From positions 20,559 through 84,558 of the forward strand of contig JAUNPN010000001.1 in NCBI GenBank assembly GCA_030536655.1: a stretch of 64,000 bases of DNA, in the 5' to 3' direction. Below, in pieces: positions 44,401-54,714 of the stretch; the first letter of the stretch is position 1, and the number at the start of each line of letters is the position of its first letter. The notes beneath the pieces are model-generated. The model did not search any database, was not told the origin of the DNA, and saw only the letters and a list, made by a program, of their open reading frames with translations. The position numbers and the translations under genes were made by a program. The stretch comes from a bacterium (GTDB taxonomy: Bacteria; Bacillota; Clostridia; UBA1381).

Positions 44401-46637
44401 TAGTTATGACCTTTTGCGTCCGTATAATCTGAAACATACGATTTTCCGCAATCCTCGCAAGTATATGTCGTATATCCCATTTCCGTACAAGTCGGCGCGG
44501 TTACAGCGGGAATATATTTATGCTCTGTCGGCTCCTGCTCGTCGCCTATATATTCCTTGCCGCAATCGGGGCAGGTGTAAATTGTATAGCCCTGTGATGT
44601 GCAAGTAGGCTTAATCGTCTGCTTATTGTAATTATGAGGAAGAACCTCTACATAATCCGATTTATAGCTGTCGCCGCAATCCGCGCAAGTGTAAGTTGTA
44701 TATCCCATTTCCGTACAGGTCGGGGAAGTTACAACAGCATTATATTTATGCTCTGTTTTATCCGTATAATCTGAAATGTAGCTGTCGCCGCAGTCCTCGC
44801 AAGTGAATGTGGTATATCCCATTTCCGTACAGGTCGGGGGAGTTACAACTGAATTATACTTGTGTTCGGTCTTATCCGTATAATTACCGATATATGAATA
44901 GTCGCAGTTATCACAATTATATGTGGTAAAGCCCATAGCCGTACAAGTAGGCTCCGTTACTGTTTCGGAATAGGTATGACCTGTCGGCAGTTCAAGAATA
45001 GCGCCGCAGCTTTCGCACTTTTGCGGTTCGGTACAGGTAGAAGCCTTTCCGGGTGTATGACCTGTCGCTGAAATTGCCTGTATCATCTTTTCATCACAAT
45101 GTTTACAGTGGTATTCCATAACGCCCTCGCTCTCGCAGGTCGAATTAGTTACAGTATGTCCCTCGTCCCATTTATGACCGCGCGGCTCGGTGTAATCGCT
45201 TACATAGGTATCATCACAATTTCTGCACTTGTATGTGGTAAAGCCCTTTGTTTTACAAGTAGGCGCGGTTACCGTCGGTCTGTAATCGTGTTTCGCAAGC
45301 GGTGTTAAATCCGTAATGTGCTTATATCCGCAGTCGATACAAATATGTTCTGTATATCCGTTCTTTGTACAGGTGGAGGGAACAATATTTGTTTCATAAC
45401 GGTGTCCCGTCATTGATGTACTTTCCGTATAATAGCTGCCGCACTTTGTACAGGAATGTAATTCTAAACCGCCCTGCTGACAACTCGGCTCACGGATTAC
45501 AACAGTATTGTAATCGTGCCCGCTTGCGGGAGTATAATTCGTTTTCTGCAAGGCTCCGCACTCGCTACACTGGAAACGGTCAAAACCTAACTCTGTACAA
45601 GTGGGGCGCACTGTTTCCAAAAATCTGAAATCGTGAGTATGAATACTGTTTGTATTCGAGGGCGGATTATCGCTTAAAAGCCATACATAGCTTACGCCGT
45701 TTTCCGTCATACTCTCGCCGCCGTAGGTATATTCTATCTCGTAATATACGGGATAATAGCCTTCGTCGGTATAATTCGGTGCGCTTGTCTTGTTACACTT
45801 TTTCGCTTCCGTTCCGTAACGAATACTTGTATTTACGCCATTGTCCGATAAGTCATTGACGGTTACGGTATGAGGTTTTCCGTCAACCTTGCCGTAATAG
45901 CTTTGTACAACAGACTTTGCCGCCGCGTATTCATTTTTCTTATATCCGCAGTCCTCACAATCCGCTGTAATGTGAAAACGCTGATTTCCCAATTCGCCGT
46001 TTACATTTTCGGTGAAGTTATGATTTTCCTGTTTGTCCTGCACCCGCTCTTTCGTGCCTTTGCAGAATTGACAATACTTGCCCTTTTTTGCTTTTACCGT
46101 ATGCGTCCTGCTGTTGTACGGTATATATTCCGTACTGTCAAAATCCAAGAAAAAGTTGCTGTCGCAGGGATTAAGGGAATATACATCTTTACCGCACGAA
46201 TACGCGTTAATTCCGTCAACGGAATTTACCGTACCGCAATTCTGACAAACTGATTTCGTCCAATGATACCCCGTATATGACGCGTCAACGCTGGGTGTTC
46301 CGTCGTCAAGATTGCCTTTGCCTTTTCCGTCAATAAGCGTACCGTCCGAATAGTAGACGCCGCGATTATATGCGGTTTCACCTGTTCGGGTATATTCGGG
46401 TACGCGATAGGAAATGTTGCTTGTCGGCATATCGCAGACGGGGCAGAACATTGTACCTGTTGTAACAGTAGCGTTTATGTCAAACTCGCTTGTGCGCCCG
46501 TTTGCTTCAATCCATACGTCCGCCGGATCGACATATTCGTTACTCTGTGCCGCAAAAGCGGGGATTGAGGGAATAACGCTCAAAGTCATTCCCGCCGCCA
46601 TTACAGCGGCTAAAATTCTTTTTATTTTGTTTCTCAT
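41412..46637 (-). CDS. 1741-aa ICE-encoded surface protein: Cys-rich repeats, Ig-like/prealbumin-like repeats, three C-terminal SLH domains
   Basis: Signal peptide MRNKIKRILAAVMAAGMTLSVIPSIPAFA. About 13 repeats of PTCTxxGYTTYTCxxCGxSYxxDYTxxxxH. About 9 repeats ending ...DxNGxxxVP. A Gly/Ser linker. Three SLH motifs (GYEDGAFKPENNMTRAEAA, GYGDKTFKPDEHITRAEF, GYSDSTFKPDSNITRAEV). Confidence 0.85.
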   Translation of the reverse strand: MRNKIKRILAAVMAAGMTLSVIPSIPAFAAQSNEYVDPADVWIEANGRTSEFDINATVTTGTMFCPVCDMPTSNISYRVPEYTRTGETAYNRGVYYSDGTLIDGKGKGNLDDGTPSVDASYTGYHWTKSVCQNCGTVNSVDGINAYSCGKDVYSLNPCDSNFFLDFDSTEYIPYNSRTHTVKAKKGKYCQFCKGTKERVQDKQENHNFTENVNGELGNQRFHITADCEDCGYKKNEYAAAKSVVQSYYGKVDGKPHTVTVNDLSDNGVNTSIRYGTEAKKCNKTSAPNYTDEGYYPVYYEIEYTYGGESMTENGVSYVWLLSDNPPSNTNSIHTHDFRFLETVRPTCTELGFDRFQCSECGALQKTNYTPASGHDYNTVVIREPSCQQGGLELHSCTKCGSYYTESTSMTGHRYETNIVPSTCTKNGYTEHICIDCGYKHITDLTPLAKHDYRPTVTAPTCKTKGFTTYKCRNCDDTYVSDYTEPRGHKWDEGHTVTNSTCESEGVMEYHCKHCDEKMIQAISATGHTPGKASTCTEPQKCESCGAILELPTGHTYSETVTEPTCTAMGFTTYNCDNCDYSYIGNYTDKTEHKYNSVVTPPTCTEMGYTTFTCEDCGDSYISDYTDKTEHKYNAVVTSPTCTEMGYTTYTCADCGDSYKSDYVEVLPHNYNKQTIKPTCTSQGYTIYTCPDCGKEYIGDEQEPTEHKYIPAVTAPTCTEMGYTTYTCEDCGKSYVSDYTDAKGHNYEEKITTSTCTGIGYTTFTCKDCGISYIGNEQAKTAHDYETTVTEPTCTELGYTTYTCKNCGETYRADEVSAKGHKPSDWIIDVPATIENEGNRHIECTECKTVLKIEEIPQLTDKDNSDEDGYSKVGDYSILITDKDSKPVFNSEISIDKGDNITIKLPEGRLLDYEDRTTITVVRTDTKAAAEGLNINISDKSGNAATGQTDAGGQLIVPNNQSSTGNENGTIGGDNGETKYTYVVTVTDKNDTVISDCDIHIGDNHDIVVKLPDGTAMNSDNRVTVTVKDQNGEAKENVNVIVIGDSDYIEKGVTNANGQATLPNKNQAYTDKNGTANVNGYIVLVEDETEPVYMALVTVDDNGVMVCLPDGKKIDYHNRTSVIVKTNDGKAVEGVSVNVYDNAGGDRTEITDKDGKITVPPLNENIIEDKPTPTPEPTTKPGLETPEPSEKPDATDKPSSTDKPSETEKPDATEQPSETEKPKPTVNPDNGSEVITPDYSYKVSVNDNDGAVNGAIVSVDKENGSVTVKLPDEKGITPDNRIIVGITDKDGKAVNGVPVTVIAKDGTEAKDLTNSEGVAVVPPTNTDRTDKNGYAQVVEGEKTYNVIVEDTKAKIENAAVEVKDGKISVILPDGNKLNTDNQTTVTVSDKDNTAVKDISVTVTDKDNKTATKATDANGKITVPVKTSTGGGGGSSSGGSGGGGGYVKPSYTVKVVDKDGKTVNVNKTVKDDKITLTLPSGKTLDDNYYTITVTDNKGKIAPNIDVTLKDKNNSVSGATDANGQLIMPANTHNSYVVGYEDGAFKPENNMTRAEAAAIFARNIAERKGENISSRKSSFKDVSGKDWFNNYIAYLEKYKVISGYGDKTFKPDEHITRAEFVTMCIRFYELDAKTAAAKKNIFNDVPKSHWASGYIYSAVGMGWINGYSDSTFKPDSNITRAEVVTIVNRVTGRAADTEYINKNMPAVNKFTDLKDKSYWAFYEILEASNTHKTVDGKSGETWVK

Positions 46638-46677
46638 TTCTAAAAATCCTCCTTGTCAAGATTTAAAATTTTGTATT

Positions 46678-46708
46678 AAAAAACACGCTCGCATAGGCGG
46701 GGCGCGTG
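46678..46708 (-). terminator. Terminator downstream of the Rep-like gene
   Basis: Minus-strand GC-rich hairpin (CACGC...GCGTG) followed by TTTTTT. Confidence 0.5.
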
Positions 46709-46728
46709 GTGTGTGGTTGTATGTAATT

Positions 46729-47652
46729 TTAATTACCTCCGTACATATCGTGATTTACTTTCAAGGTGTAATAGCTGTCGATAGTGGAGGGGGCATTGAA
46801 TAACGCCGCAAGTAAATATTTTCTTGTATCGTGTACGTCTGTTGTATTATTCCTCATACAGTCTATGACATATTCGATATGCTCGCTGTTCAGTTTCAGA
46901 AGTTTGGATTTTACTGTTTCCGCGTTTCGTTCCTCGCTTGCAACGGTTAAGTATTCTCTTGTGGTACATACTGTTTCAGTGATAATATCAACAATTTCAT
47001 TCAGCATACCGATATTACCGTTTAGCTTTTGACATAAAATATCATACTCAATATTTTGTTTTATAAGCTGTCTGTATGCTAAAATCTTATCCATTCCTAT
47101 CCGTTCAGGCTGTTGTGGTTTTACAGGCTCGCTGTTTTCCTCCGGCTCCGTAGAATTGATTGGATAAGTATTTAATAAATCAGTATTTTGTATTTCAGTA
47201 TTTGATTTATTAGTATTTAATTGTGCGTCATTTTCCGTATCTGAAATAACCGTATCAGGGTTTTCCGTATGCGGTTCGGGCGTATTAGCTTTTTTTGTTT
47301 GAGGTTTATCGTTTTCAGGTACAGAATTATTCTCGTTGAGTATCTTGTCAAGTTGCGACTTTTCATAAAAAATATATTCCGTACCGTCAATCTTTCCTTT
47401 TTTTCGGTGTGTAATGCGTTGTAAATATCCGCCTGCTTCAAGCTCTTTCAAAGTGGCGCCGATACAACCGACGCCCTCTTTGTTAATATCAGCTAATCCG
47501 CGCACTGAAAATTTCCAATTATCAGGTAACGACAATATGAGCGACAAAAGCCCTTTTGCTTTAAGAGATAAATTCATATCTCTTAAATGATAATTTGACA
47601 TTACGGTATAATTTCTGTTTTTTACAACTCTATGTACTTCTGACATTTTCAA
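46729..47652 (-). CDS. Winged-helix replication-initiator-like / DUF6017-type ICE protein
   Basis: 307 aa. NYTVMSNYHLRDMNLSLKAKGLLSLILSLPDNWKFSVRGLA...LKELEAGGYL is a RepA_N-like wHTH. It has a low-complexity middle and a conserved C-domain. Confidence 0.65.
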   Translation of the reverse strand: MKMSEVHRVVKNRNYTVMSNYHLRDMNLSLKAKGLLSLILSLPDNWKFSVRGLADINKEGVGCIGATLKELEAGGYLQRITHRKKGKIDGTEYIFYEKSQLDKILNENNSVPENDKPQTKKANTPEPHTENPDTVISDTENDAQLNTNKSNTEIQNTDLLNTYPINSTEPEENSEPVKPQQPERIGMDKILAYRQLIKQNIEYDILCQKLNGNIGMLNEIVDIITETVCTTREYLTVASEERNAETVKSKLLKLNSEHIEYVIDCMRNNTTDVHDTRKYLLAALFNAPSTIDSYYTLKVNHDMYGGN

Positions 47653-47676
47653 ATGCTCCTTTCCTCAATATCGACA

Positions 47677-47710
47677 CTAAAAAAGGCATTGATTTTTTTC
47701 TCAATGCCTT
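47677..47710 (-). terminator. Terminator-like hairpin just inside the ICE right end
   Basis: Minus strand: AAGGCATTGA - 8 nt - TCAATGCCTT followed by TTTTAG. It lies 25 nt upstream of the Rep-like start. Confidence 0.5.
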
Positions 47711-47771
47711 ATATATAAAATATTCTGTTTTACTTATTAGACAAATAAAATTTTTGTTCTTCTGTTTTTTA

Positions 47772-47800
47772 TTGACCGTTTTATGTCTTTATGATATACT
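47772..47800 (+). promoter_or_regulatory. Near-consensus outward-facing promoter at the ICE right end
   Basis: TTGACC - 17 nt - TATACT with TGn extended -10. It points toward attR, 185 bp away. Confidence 0.5.
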
Positions 47801-47960
47801 ATCTAAGAACAAGAATGGTCGGCTCTTTGGTACGCAAATGGAAATAAAAAATACCGTAAATCTGCAATTCACGATATTTTTTAATCCTTAAAATATTTAT
47901 TTTTGAGGTTAATACTGTTTATAGACTGCTCAAAACCCTTGATTTTATGCGATTTTTGGA

Positions 47961-48010
47961 CAGGTTCTGTAACAGCACCCGTACCAGTGCGGCATATATA
48001 ACCGTATCGT
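47961..48010. other. attR (element arm 47961-47984, crossover CA/TG 47985-47986, host arm 47987-48010)
   Basis: See attL. The element arm is caggttctgtaacagcacccgtac. Confidence 0.8.
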
Positions 48011-48872
48011 TATACCGCATTTCACCCGCAGAAACAGTAAGAGTAAAGTCACCGGTTTCCGCATTAATGTCAAGCTCCTTTACGCCCCATTCCGGATTGA
48101 TTATCGGAGGTACGCTCTGAGTATCACCTATCGTAATATCATCAAGATACATACACTGCCACCAGCCCGACCAGAAATGACCGAATTCCATGGATGCCAC
48201 ACTGCCTATGCTTCTGTCCTCATCCGAAGCTATTCCTGCCGGAATGTTTTCGCCCCACGGCGTTCCCCCGAATGTGTTTCCATCGAAAATCAAACTGTAT
48301 GTATTATCCTCCTTGTTGATATTCAGAGTCACAGTATGCCACTGGTTATTTTGACTTGATATATCAACCCTGTCTATCTGATAAAGCACATCCTGAGACA
48401 TATCCTCATTCATTGCACTCAGATAGAGTATATCGTCCTTAAGCCTGAGCTCTGTGATTACATTATATCTGTCACCCTTTACTCTGATATACTGTTCATG
48501 AGTGCTGTTGGAATCAATACCCTGGTTTTCAAACTTAACCTTGAATGACAGACTCATGCTATTATTGAGATAATCTGTTACCTTCTCCTCAGCGATATCA
48601 GCGTCATATCCGGCATCAACATATTTTGAAATACCGTTCTCCTTAAGATCAAGGTTGAGCCACATAGTTTTATACCAATCTGTACTTGCAAATCTGAGCG
48701 AATTATCGCTTTCCGAGCCGTTGTCACCAACCCAGAGATTTAATTTGTCTATGTGGTTTCCATTGTCGTCACTGTTTCCGTCATAGCTCCAGCCGTTTGT
48801 CCGGTCTGAAATCTCTGCAAGCTTATTATCGGCATTTCCTTCAAAATTCTCAATATAGCTTATTCCATCCCC

Positions 48873-48998
48873 ATAAGGCGTATCTGTCACTTCAGGAGAG
48901 GGTGACGTTGTTTCCTTTGGCTCATCTGTTGCTTCCGGAGAGGGTGACGCTGTTTCCTTCGGCTCATCTGTCGCTTCCGGAGAAGGTGATGCTGTTTC
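48873..48998 (-). repeat. Three tandem 42-bp repeats encoding an ETASPSPEATDEPK linker
   Basis: The units 48873-48914, 48915-48956 and 48957-48998 are near-identical. Confidence 0.85.
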
Positions 48999-51900
48999 GA
49001 CCGCCGAATTTTTTTCAAACTCCGCTGATACCGTAACCTCCTCTCTCGGCATTACAAATGTATATTTGTCATTGCCCGTTTCCATTGCTGCAATCTCGGC
49101 ACCGGATTCAGTTTTTACACTGACATTCTTTACGCCCGGCTTTAAGCTGCTGTCATTTGTAAAGGATACTGTAACTCTGTTTCCGCCTGCTGCTGTCTGA
49201 GCGACATTTCTTCCGTGAGTATATTCGGCTGTTCCGCCTGTTATACTGCTGTTTATTTCATACTCAGACGGTGCAACCCTTATATTATCAAAATACACAG
49301 ACTGCCACCAGTTACTCCAATATATTCCGAGCTGCAGCTTTGCGACTGCACCGAAATCATACGGCTGTGCCGCTCCGATTTCACCGCTGTCACTGCATGA
49401 CACGGATGCAACATCTGTCCACTCACCCTGAGCTGTTTTTACAATATTTCCGTCTACGCTTACACGCAGTTTATTTGTATCATTATTGAACTCAAACTTT
49501 ACATTATAAAGCTTTGACGGATCAACATCGGTTATAAATGTTTTTTCAAGCGCATCTCCCGCCACATTCATTGAGATGAGATAAAGCTTATCATATATAA
49601 ACGCACCGCTGTCATTCTTCTGATTTTCGTTATAAAGCGCGCCTATAACTTTACCGTTTATGTCATATACTCTGACATGAGCATGGTTAACGCTCTTATC
49701 ATTTCCCGGACGGTTATCAAATCTTACATCCAATGACACAGTCGGATTATTTTCAAGCCTGAGCTGTGCTTCCTCTGATGCCTCCGTCTCTGTTGCGCCT
49801 TCGCTCATCAGCCTGCTCTTTTCTACATCAACAAAGCTGTGTTCTATCCATGACTGCTGGAAGAAATTGCTGTTCGCAATTCTGAAGCTTCCGTCATGGT
49901 CATCGCTTGCCTGAATCTGGGTATCCGCATCACCGTAGCCATTCCAGCCGTTTTTGCCTGCCTTTGCCCATTCCTGGATTTGTGCGCGTTCCGAGAAATC
50001 CTCGTTTTCTATTGTGTTGTCATCCTCACCTACATTTACATATATAGTTTTTGTAACACTGTTTCCGTTAAGCTCCGCTGTTGCTGCAAGCATCAGCTTG
50101 TCAGCGTTTTCCGGAACTATGCCGTCCTCGTCAAGCGGGCTGTAGGTTCTGCCTCCATTTGTTGAATAGCCCATAACGGAGCTGACCTCTGCGCCTTCCA
50201 CAGCTGTTATCTTTGAATGTATGGTATCTCCGCCGTATATAACAGGAGAATTATCGCTGTTTAAGATTCTTGCTCCTGTTATTTCAAGATTGTTTTCTGA
50301 GTTTTCAACTGTGCTTGTAACAGAAATATCATCAATATACAGACTCTGCCACCATGCTCCCGACCATATTCCAAACTCAATTTCCTTGACCATGCCTATG
50401 CTTTCGGCAGCACCGGTTTTATCCGCGTTTCCAATCGGCAGCCATTCGCCAGCGCTGTCGTTAACGCTTACTCTTACCTTACGGGCATCAGGATCAATAT
50501 CTATCTTGAAATTATACCAGTTCGAGTTTCTTTCCGCTATATCAAGACCGCCCAGAATTGTTTTCTCTGTCGATTCAGTCAAAGCATCATTCATAATATG
50601 AGTAAGAACAAGCTTGCCTGTTGACGAATCGTAGCCATCGCCCTCAATTCTCTGATCCTGCTTCATGGAAATTCCAACAAGCGTATTTCCGTTTTCATCC
50701 TTTATTCTGATATAATCCTCTCCGAAATCCTTTGGATTCGGAGCTGCAAAGTTTGCTTTAAAGGAAACTGACAGGTTCTTTGAAAGATAATCTCTTACCT
50801 GTGCCTCTGCGTCTGCCTGTGCTGCACCGTTCGCAGTCAATTTATACACACCGTTATCATAAAGATTGAGGTTTGATATATCGCTCTTCCACCAATCTGT
50901 AACAGCCTGTCTGTATATGCGGCTGCTGTTTCCGGTTTCACTGTACTCTCCTACATTGAAATGCTTCTGCTCGTCGCCGCCGTTTGTCCAACCGTTTGTC
51001 TGATTAGCCACGTTTTCAGCAGTAGTATCACTCTCAAAGTCCTCGGTGTATCTTAAAATATCCTCATTTATACTGCCATTCGCCAGAGGTATCTTATAAA
51101 GCTTACAGCTGTAGGCATTCATATTTCCTGTATTAAGGGTTCCTTCTTCCTCTGTTGTCGTGTCTGTCCACAGCTCCGTAACCGTATATTTCTTTCCGCT
51201 GTCAAGTCCTGCTCTTGCAAGGTCTATGCTCTTTGAGGTATTTGAATCTCCGTAATTGAACACAGCCATATAGAAGGTATCATCAGTTTTTAATGTGAAG
51301 GTATCAGACGGATCCGCCGCTCCGCGCTCCGGGCAGCTTTCTGTAGCCTCAACCGGTCTGAATGCCTTTCCGAGCCGCGCTATCTTATTTACTTCTTCAT
51401 TCTGTGCAACATTTTTTGTTATATTTTTTCCGGTATCCAAAGCATCATCATACTTATTGCTGAGTACCATCATGCCGGCAATAACACCCGATGTATACTT
51501 TGCCCTTGCCTGCTCCTCATTGCCACCTATAAGCGGGCGCACATCCATTGAAATCTGGTCGGGGTCTGTAAACTCATATACAGTACCCGCCTGCCACCAG
51601 CTGTAATTCAATGCGTTAAGCATATATTTTGCAGCGTCAAGATTTCCTTTTTCTGTCCAGATATCACACGAAAGACGTCTTGAATGAGCATACTGATACG
51701 GGAAAAGCGGTGCTATTGAATAATTGATAAAGAACTTATCCGGATCAACATACTGCAATATCTGCTCACAAGCCTGATTATATGCCTGCAATCCCGTTTT
51801 AACCGATTTATCCTGGAACACACCCTCAACAGCCGCAAAGTTCATAAAGTCAACCTTTAAATACTCAAAGCCAAGCTCCTTCCAGTGCTCCATCCAGTAC

Positions 51901-54714
51901 TTTGTATCATTCTTTGCCTCATTGCTTGTCGGGTCGAATGCAAAGCAGTTGATTGACGTTACATTATCCTTATCAGGCTTTGCCGGCGCAACCGAATTAC
52001 CGTATTTGTCGGTGATAGCATAGCCGCGCTTGCCCCAGTTCCACAAATCATCATCCCAGCAGATAAAGCGCGAGGTATACATTCCTACCTTCTGACCCTT
52101 TGACTTGCAGTAAGCGATATACTCCTTAAGCTGCGACTCATCATTGTTCTGTGTAAGGTTATCCCAGTAGGAGTCTATATTAATCCACTGTACTCCGTTT
52201 TCATCATGGAAGGTGTCCAAGCCGTCTACTACATCCGATGCTGTTTTCATTGTTTCAAGGCTTACATTTGAGCCGTAGGCATTCCACGAGCTGTAGCCGA
52301 ATATATTTCCGCCGCCCCAGTGGAGTCTGGGCTGATTATTATTATTCGCCTCACCGTAAGCCTCCATGCCGTCGCGCCAGTCGTCAAAATATCCGAGGAA
52401 CATTTTCGGTGATTCTACCGATTCACCGTCAAGACTGCCGTGCGGAAGGAAATCATATGTCTGTTCACGCGACCATATTCCGGCAAACGCCCCAAATAAG
52501 TTTACGCTTCCGTTATCCGCTGTACCATAGGTGCTTGTTCCTGTTTTCCATGTATCATGATCTACTGAGCCTGCTACAACCGCATTTCTTGAATTTGCGT
52601 CAAAAAGACAGGTTGCCCAGTAGCTTGTATGACTGCCGCCAAGCTTCTGCGGATCATAGGTTGTATAGTTATCGTTTGCAAAAGGCATACATAACGAACG
52701 CGCGTCTGTCTTTTCACCGATATTCACAACATCCTCGCCTGCCGCCGCAATCGGTGCCATAAAGTTTGTCGATACTCCGTCAGGTGACGATATTTTAACG
52801 CTGGTCAGAACATAATCAAGGTTATTATATATGTAGAAACTCTGTCGCATATCCGGCAGACCCTCACCTTTTGAAATAACATCATAACGTGTGCCGAGTC
52901 CGAAGCCGGTGCTTAATATACTCTCCTCAACGGTTCTTGAGGTATAATCCGAGGACTTTACAACCGAATTGACTTTATCACCGTTTCCGGTATCCTTTGC
53001 ATTCTCAACCTTTACCGCCGCCTCAAAGCCCTTTACACGGGTGACTCCGCCGCTTACAAAGTCTGCCTTACCGGTTGCCATATCATATTTAACGCTTACC
53101 TTGGAATTTTTAAATTCTTGCACTCCGGTTGACTCTGCCGTGTTTTCTTTCTGCTCCTTTGACAAAAGAAGCTGTATTTTATCTATTTCCGGCGGCAATG
53201 ACTTCTCATTCTTAAATGAAATACGATGCTTGCCCTTTGTGAGGTTCAGCTTTGCCGATATTGTTTCAATATTGTAATCCTCGCCTGTTATAGGACATAA
53301 GACTGTATTGGCAAGCTTTCCGTCAACATGAATTTCCATCGCGCGGAAATCTGCAGCATTGTACCATACATTCATGTCGTAAATGCCGTCCTTTTCCGCT
53401 GTAACCTCAAACTCAGCATCTGCACTCACGCTCTGATCCTTTGCCATATATACTTTGCGCTCAGTGCCCGCGCCCGACACAGTATTCTCAATTATACCGT
53501 CAAGCTTTCGTCCAGCAGTATTTACCGTGATTTTATCTATATCTATTCTTTTGTCCTTTGAAATCTTTCCGTTTGATTTTTCAATTCCTTCAAGGCTGTA
53601 TATCTTAACTTTATTCCAGCCCTTGTTAAGCTGTATCTTTCTTGTTACAGTTACAATATCCTCACCTGCGGTTGTTGTGACCTTATCATCATTTGAGGGA
53701 TCCCAACCGTCCCAATTAACTCTTACATAGAAAGAGGAATCTTCTCTTGAACGGTATGCTATGACACAATCATATTCTCCCGCACTGTCCGCCCATACGT
53801 CAAATACAACTGTACCAATATCGGTGTTGGTGCCTCCCACATGGGTAACAACTGCTCCGTCCGAAGCGGCACTATCGTCTGCTCTTACAGCCCAGCCGCC
53901 GGTATAAGCACTTTCGGCTTCATATACGCATGCTTCATCGGCAGCAAGTATTCCTGTTGGAAACAACGCCGTTACCATTGCCGCAGTCAATGCGGCAGAT
54001 ATAATTTTTTTCATAACATTTCTCCTTTCCATTTGAGATATATCCTACGTGGTATGCAGCAATTACTTATTCATACCCTATGGATATATTGTTTTCTCCT
54101 TACATTTTCCGATCCTACTCTCCGGAATTATTGTTGATAACTATATTTTATATCCGTTTTTTGTTGTTTTCAAGTTGAATAATATGTTATTGATATAGAA
54201 ATAATTAATCTTTATCTATCAGACAGGCTTTTTATCATATATCCACCGTGTTTATATCATAGAGCTCATAAACCTAATAGAATAGGGCTGCTGCTTTAAG
54301 CAACAGCCCAGAGGGAGTTTTGCACCGTATGTACAGGTCTTGTATACGGTGCTGCATGAGTCTTCATTTTCGATTGAAGCATTGCATATACTAACGAAGA
54401 CCTTCTTTAGGGGGGGATCCTTAATGGGGAGTAGGGGGTCCCTTTGATTAAGTAGGTATTTCTTGTCCAAACACACCCAGGGGACTTGCACAGGAGAGAG
54501 ATACAAGATGAATCCCCGAATGTATTCCCGATGACAATTACATTGTACTTTATTTCTTTCATTATTTCAAGAGCAAAAACTTAATCCTGCTATCGAAAAT
54601 TCCTCACACAAGCTTCCGATTAAATTATTCACTGTTGAAGCAAAATTTTCTACTTTTTCAGCCGTTGATATAGTGGTATAATGTCTTTATACTTTATATA
54701 AAGGAGGAATCTGT

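Larger units (their letters stand above)
1518..47986. mobile_element. ~46.5-kb integrative conjugative element (serine-recombinase type, Tn1549/CTn-like MPF_FA conjugation module) with 11-kb carbohydrate-metabolism cargo
   Basis: Bounded by attL and attR. Contains a recombinase, relaxase plus MobC, coupling protein, VirB4, VirB6-like, PrgI, Maff2, PcfB, NlpC/P60, TopB and ArdA/ArdC genes. It interrupts one reading frame whose halves rejoin in frame. Confidence 0.9.
47919..54014 (-). pseudogene. Secreted multidomain glycoside hydrolase (2 CBM6/35-like modules, clan GH-D GH27/36-like TIM barrel, 3 LamG-like modules, first half of the C-terminal Ig-like module), 3' end replaced by 21 ICE-derived codons
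   Basis: The start is probably MKKIIS at 54014 (AGGAGA RBS). YEAESAYTGGWA is a CBM-like motif. GYSSWNAYG...INIDSYWD...YLKVDFMN resembles the GH27/36 GWNSWN / DDCW / YLKYDN motifs. The reading frame leaves host sequence at 47986 (codons 47919-47984 are ICE DNA). Confidence 0.85.

Noticed and set aside
54426-54434. GGGGAGTAG, identical to the conserved L1 motif of the yybP-ykoY manganese riboswitch
   Set aside because: The partner motifs (UUGACAUA and AGCAAGACC, with P1 pairing) are absent. A 9-mer is expected by chance at about this frequency in 128 kb of two-strand sequence.
54252-54506. 84-aa ORF on the minus strand in the divergent intergenic region
   Set aside because: It has no RBS and a Cys/Pro/Leu-rich odd composition. 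It coincides with a stack of RNA-type hairpins. I treated it as a candidate structured RNA instead.
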